Of a stretch of 20,000 nt of DNA, positions 18,004 to 20,000 are shown piece after piece. Below the pieces are notes generated by a model. The model saw only the letters and a program-made list of their open reading frames with translations, did not search any database and was not told the DNA's origin. Where the stretch lies: IMG/VR virus record IMGVR_UViG_3300037200_000074; one strand, given 5' to 3'. The position numbers and the translations under genes are program-made. How positions within the stretch are numbered: the first letter of the stretch is position 1; every line of letters begins with the position of its first letter. Source of the DNA: an uncultured virus (IMG/VR IMGVR_UViG_3300037200_000074) (lineage: Duplodnaviria; Heunggongvirae; Uroviricota; Caudoviricetes).

Positions 18004-18264
18004 TTACCCTAGCAGGGGATCGTTCGGGGCCTCTGCTGCGTTCTGTACGCGGGGGTTCACGCCTTTGCGTTTCGCCTCAGACCGAGGTTTCGATGGTCGG
18101 TTCTCACCTGGCGTCTGGTTCTCCAACTGCTTCTGCCGACCACGTCTGCCAATCTCTGACATGTACTCCGGACCACGCTCGATGGCTAGTTTTTTACCAC
18201 CCTCACGGCCATGCTCTGCAAAGAACTCCCTATTGTCGGGGTCCTTGGGGTCTCTGCTATCCAA
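18004..18264 (-). CDS. KGG-repeat (GsiB/YciG-like) hydrophilic stress protein
   Basis: Repeats 'REFFAEHGREGGKK' and 'PEYMSEIGRRGRQK' resemble the KGG/GsiB repeat. Likely TTG start at 18264 with a GGAGGAG SD, overlapping the terS stop (86 aa). Confidence 0.7.
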   Translation of the reverse strand: MDSRDPKDPDNREFFAEHGREGGKKLAIERGPEYMSEIGRRGRQKQLENQTPGENRPSKPRSEAKRKGVNPRVQNAAEAPNDPLLG

Positions 18265-18733
18265 CTTGCTCCTCCTCTGCTGGCGCTCCGCGATCAACAC
18301 GCACTGTGTAAATCACTTCGTTAGATTTGTTCTCTGTATTCTCAGCAGAAGGCTGACCGAGTCGAATACCACGCACATCTCGCGCTAGTCGCATTGATAT
18401 GTTCAAAGCTTCTACTGTAGTGCGGTATGTCTCAGCTCGGGACCGCAGAATCTGATAATTCTGCGTAGGATCTTTCATGTCCTCAGCGAGTTTTTTACCA
18501 ACTCCTACCAGGTGGTCTGCAGCAGTTATATGTCCCTCTAAACCAACCGCTTCAGTTTGCTGCTGAACCACTACTTTGATGTAATCTTCGCGAGCCTGGC
18601 GCCAGTTGTCTCTGTTCATTTCTAGGGCTACAAGCATACGCTTGACCTGGAAATGTGCAGCAATTTTAGAGGGGTCCCACCCTTCTACTACAAACTTCTC
18701 CTTGAGGATAGGCCAGTTAACTCCCTCGTCCAT
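18257..18733 (-). CDS. terS: Putative terminase small subunit
   Basis: N-terminal HTH ('VNWPILKEKFV...SKIAAHFQV......NWRQAR'), helical core, position upstream of terL. Confidence 0.7.
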   Translation of the reverse strand: MDEGVNWPILKEKFVVEGWDPSKIAAHFQVKRMLVALEMNRDNWRQAREDYIKVVVQQQTEAVGLEGHITAADHLVGVGKKLAEDMKDPTQNYQILRSRAETYRTTVEALNISMRLARDVRGIRLGQPSAENTENKSNEVIYTVRVDRGAPAEEEQVG

Positions 18734-18895
18734 GACTCAGCCATTCCGTGTTGTTAATTGTCTCCCCTTCTGTCAAAGCTAAAATACTATCAAAAAGATC
18801 AGTACAACTTTGACATAAGAAGGAAGGCGGTCGAACTGTTGCTTTAGACTCTTCACTTTAAACTGCTTCGTTAGTTTAGGCGCGTCAACCTGCGT

Positions 18896-19813
18896 CTATG
18901 CTAGTTCTCTATCGCCTTCCCAGCCAGCTTGTGTTTGGAATCCCGCAGCGTTCCGGTGACCGCCACCTCCGTATACTTTTGCTATCTCACTAACGTCAAT
19001 ACCCTCGTCAGTAGACCGCAAGCTAAATGTGCGCCCTTCAGGGGTGTCCCAATAGCAGGCTGCAAAACTACCAGGCTTAGCCATTAGGTTACCCGCGTCG
19101 CTCGTCATAGTGAACGGGACGTTACACACTGGTACTTCATACCCGCCGATGATCATCGTGCGCTGACAAACTTTAAGTATGCTATCTACATCTTGAAGGT
19201 GCTTCCGCTCAATACCCTCGCCTTGTACCGCTAGCGCTTCAATACCTTCGTAACCACTATTCATTAACGAATCCCAGACTTCAAAATCAAAAGGATATGA
19301 CGATAGTCCAGCTTGAATAGCTCTAGTTCCGCTAAGAGCAAAACGCCAGAGGTCACGGTCTTCAATGTGATTAAGAAGAGTAGGCCGTGGCTCGTCTTCA
19401 TGAAAGAAATTCCACGCTATACCGGCTCCACTACGTTCCATATCAAATTGAGCCATCAGAAGTAGTACCTGAGGATTGTTCGGATTCGTCATACGCGCCA
19501 GATTGATTAAAGTCTTATAGTCTTCTGGCCCTTGAATAGGGTAGTGAGCCTTCAGGTCTTCCTGTGCAGTCTTGTGATGGTCGAGTACTAGTACCGACGC
19601 AGCAATTCTTACCATGTGCATAAGCACGCCAGCTTTGTAGCTGAAGTCTACGATTACTACATCGCGCCCTGTAACATCGGGCGGAGGCTGACCATGAATA
19701 CCTTGAAAGAACTCAACATTGTCAGCACCTAAAGCTGCGCGCACCGCCCATGCTGCACCGAACCCGTCGAAGCAGTTGCTGTGATAGATACACAGCATTT
19801 TAGATTGGCTCAT
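18896..19813 (-). CDS. DHH/DHHA1 family phosphoesterase
   Basis: Start corrected to ATG 19813 (MSQSKMLCIYH). Motifs YH..C.DG, IVDFS, LDHHKT, EDRDLW, SLRS and GGGGHRNAAG. Confidence 0.9.
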   Translation of the reverse strand: MSQSKMLCIYHSNCFDGFGAAWAVRAALGADNVEFFQGIHGQPPPDVTGRDVVIVDFSYKAGVLMHMVRIAASVLVLDHHKTAQEDLKAHYPIQGPEDYKTLINLARMTNPNNPQVLLLMAQFDMERSGAGIAWNFFHEDEPRPTLLNHIEDRDLWRFALSGTRAIQAGLSSYPFDFEVWDSLMNSGYEGIEALAVQGEGIERKHLQDVDSILKVCQRTMIIGGYEVPVCNVPFTMTSDAGNLMAKPGSFAACYWDTPEGRTFSLRSTDEGIDVSEIAKVYGGGGHRNAAGFQTQAGWEGDRELA

Positions 19814-20000
19814 TGATATAATACCCTGTCTCTTTACATGATACGGGTGCAACGTCTTTGGGTGGTGGAGTCGGTTGCGAGGCAACGCGCACACCCTCGG
19901 CACCGCAAACGCACGGGATGGCAATGCACGTCTGGCACGGCACGATCATGCCGTCCGGTTGCCGCGCTTGTTCGAGCGTCATTGGGTGCGGATTAGGCGG
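19800..20000 (-). CDS. Partial Cys/Pro-rich hypothetical protein (CxxC...CxC), probably starting beyond the window
   Basis: Frame is open to the window edge (PPNPHP-MTLEQ...); stop overlaps the DHH start. Confidence 0.45.
   Translation of the reverse strand, partial: PPNPHPMTLEQARQPDGMIVPCQTCIAIPCVCGAEGVRVASQPTPPPKDVAPVSCKETGYYINEPI

Noticed and set aside
1691..18388. Numerous plus-strand ORFs and alternate-frame minus-strand ORFs in the track
   Set aside because: They are shadows of well-supported minus-strand genes and show no recognisable motifs.
18779..18898. TAG readthrough of the DHH gene (38 further open codons) or TAG recoding
   Set aside because: TAG acts as a normal stop for many genes here (sheath, scaffold, portal, terS) and the long genes are intact under the standard code.
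19814..19924. Longer N-terminus of the DHH gene as given in the ORF track
   Set aside because: It overlaps the upstream ORF, and family similarity begins just after MSQSK at 19813.
1..20000. CRISPR arrays, tRNAs, introns/inteins, DGR-type repeats
   Set aside because: None seen by eye; intergenic gaps are short and terL, portal and MCP appear uninterrupted.

Overview
A 20 kb segment of a tailed phage or prophage with a contractile tail (myovirus-type). All credible genes are on the minus strand and many are translationally coupled. In transcription order (right to left): a partial Cys-rich ORF, a DHH/DHHA1 phosphoesterase, a putative terminase small subunit, a small KGG/GsiB-like stress-repeat protein, terminase large subunit, SPP1-type portal, two hypothetical proteins, scaffold, major capsid protein (MCP) with a long structured leader, two capsid-associated proteins, head-tail adaptor, head closure, an accessory cluster, tail terminator, an unannotated 53-aa ORF, sheath, tube, two tail-assembly-chaperone ORFs, a free-standing GIY-YIG homing endonuclease and a partial HK97-gp10-like morphogenesis gene. 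The accessory cluster holds a helical protein, a REC-domain fusion, a decoration-like paralog, a 76-aa protein and a 785-aa beta-helix spike. The most unusual feature is a CheY/Spo0A-type receiver domain with the phosphorylation-site residues intact, fused in frame to a virion decoration-like domain. Also notable are the KGG stress protein wedged between terS and terL and a switch-like RNA structure over the MCP ribosome-binding site. All calls come from motif recognition and synteny; no searches were run.
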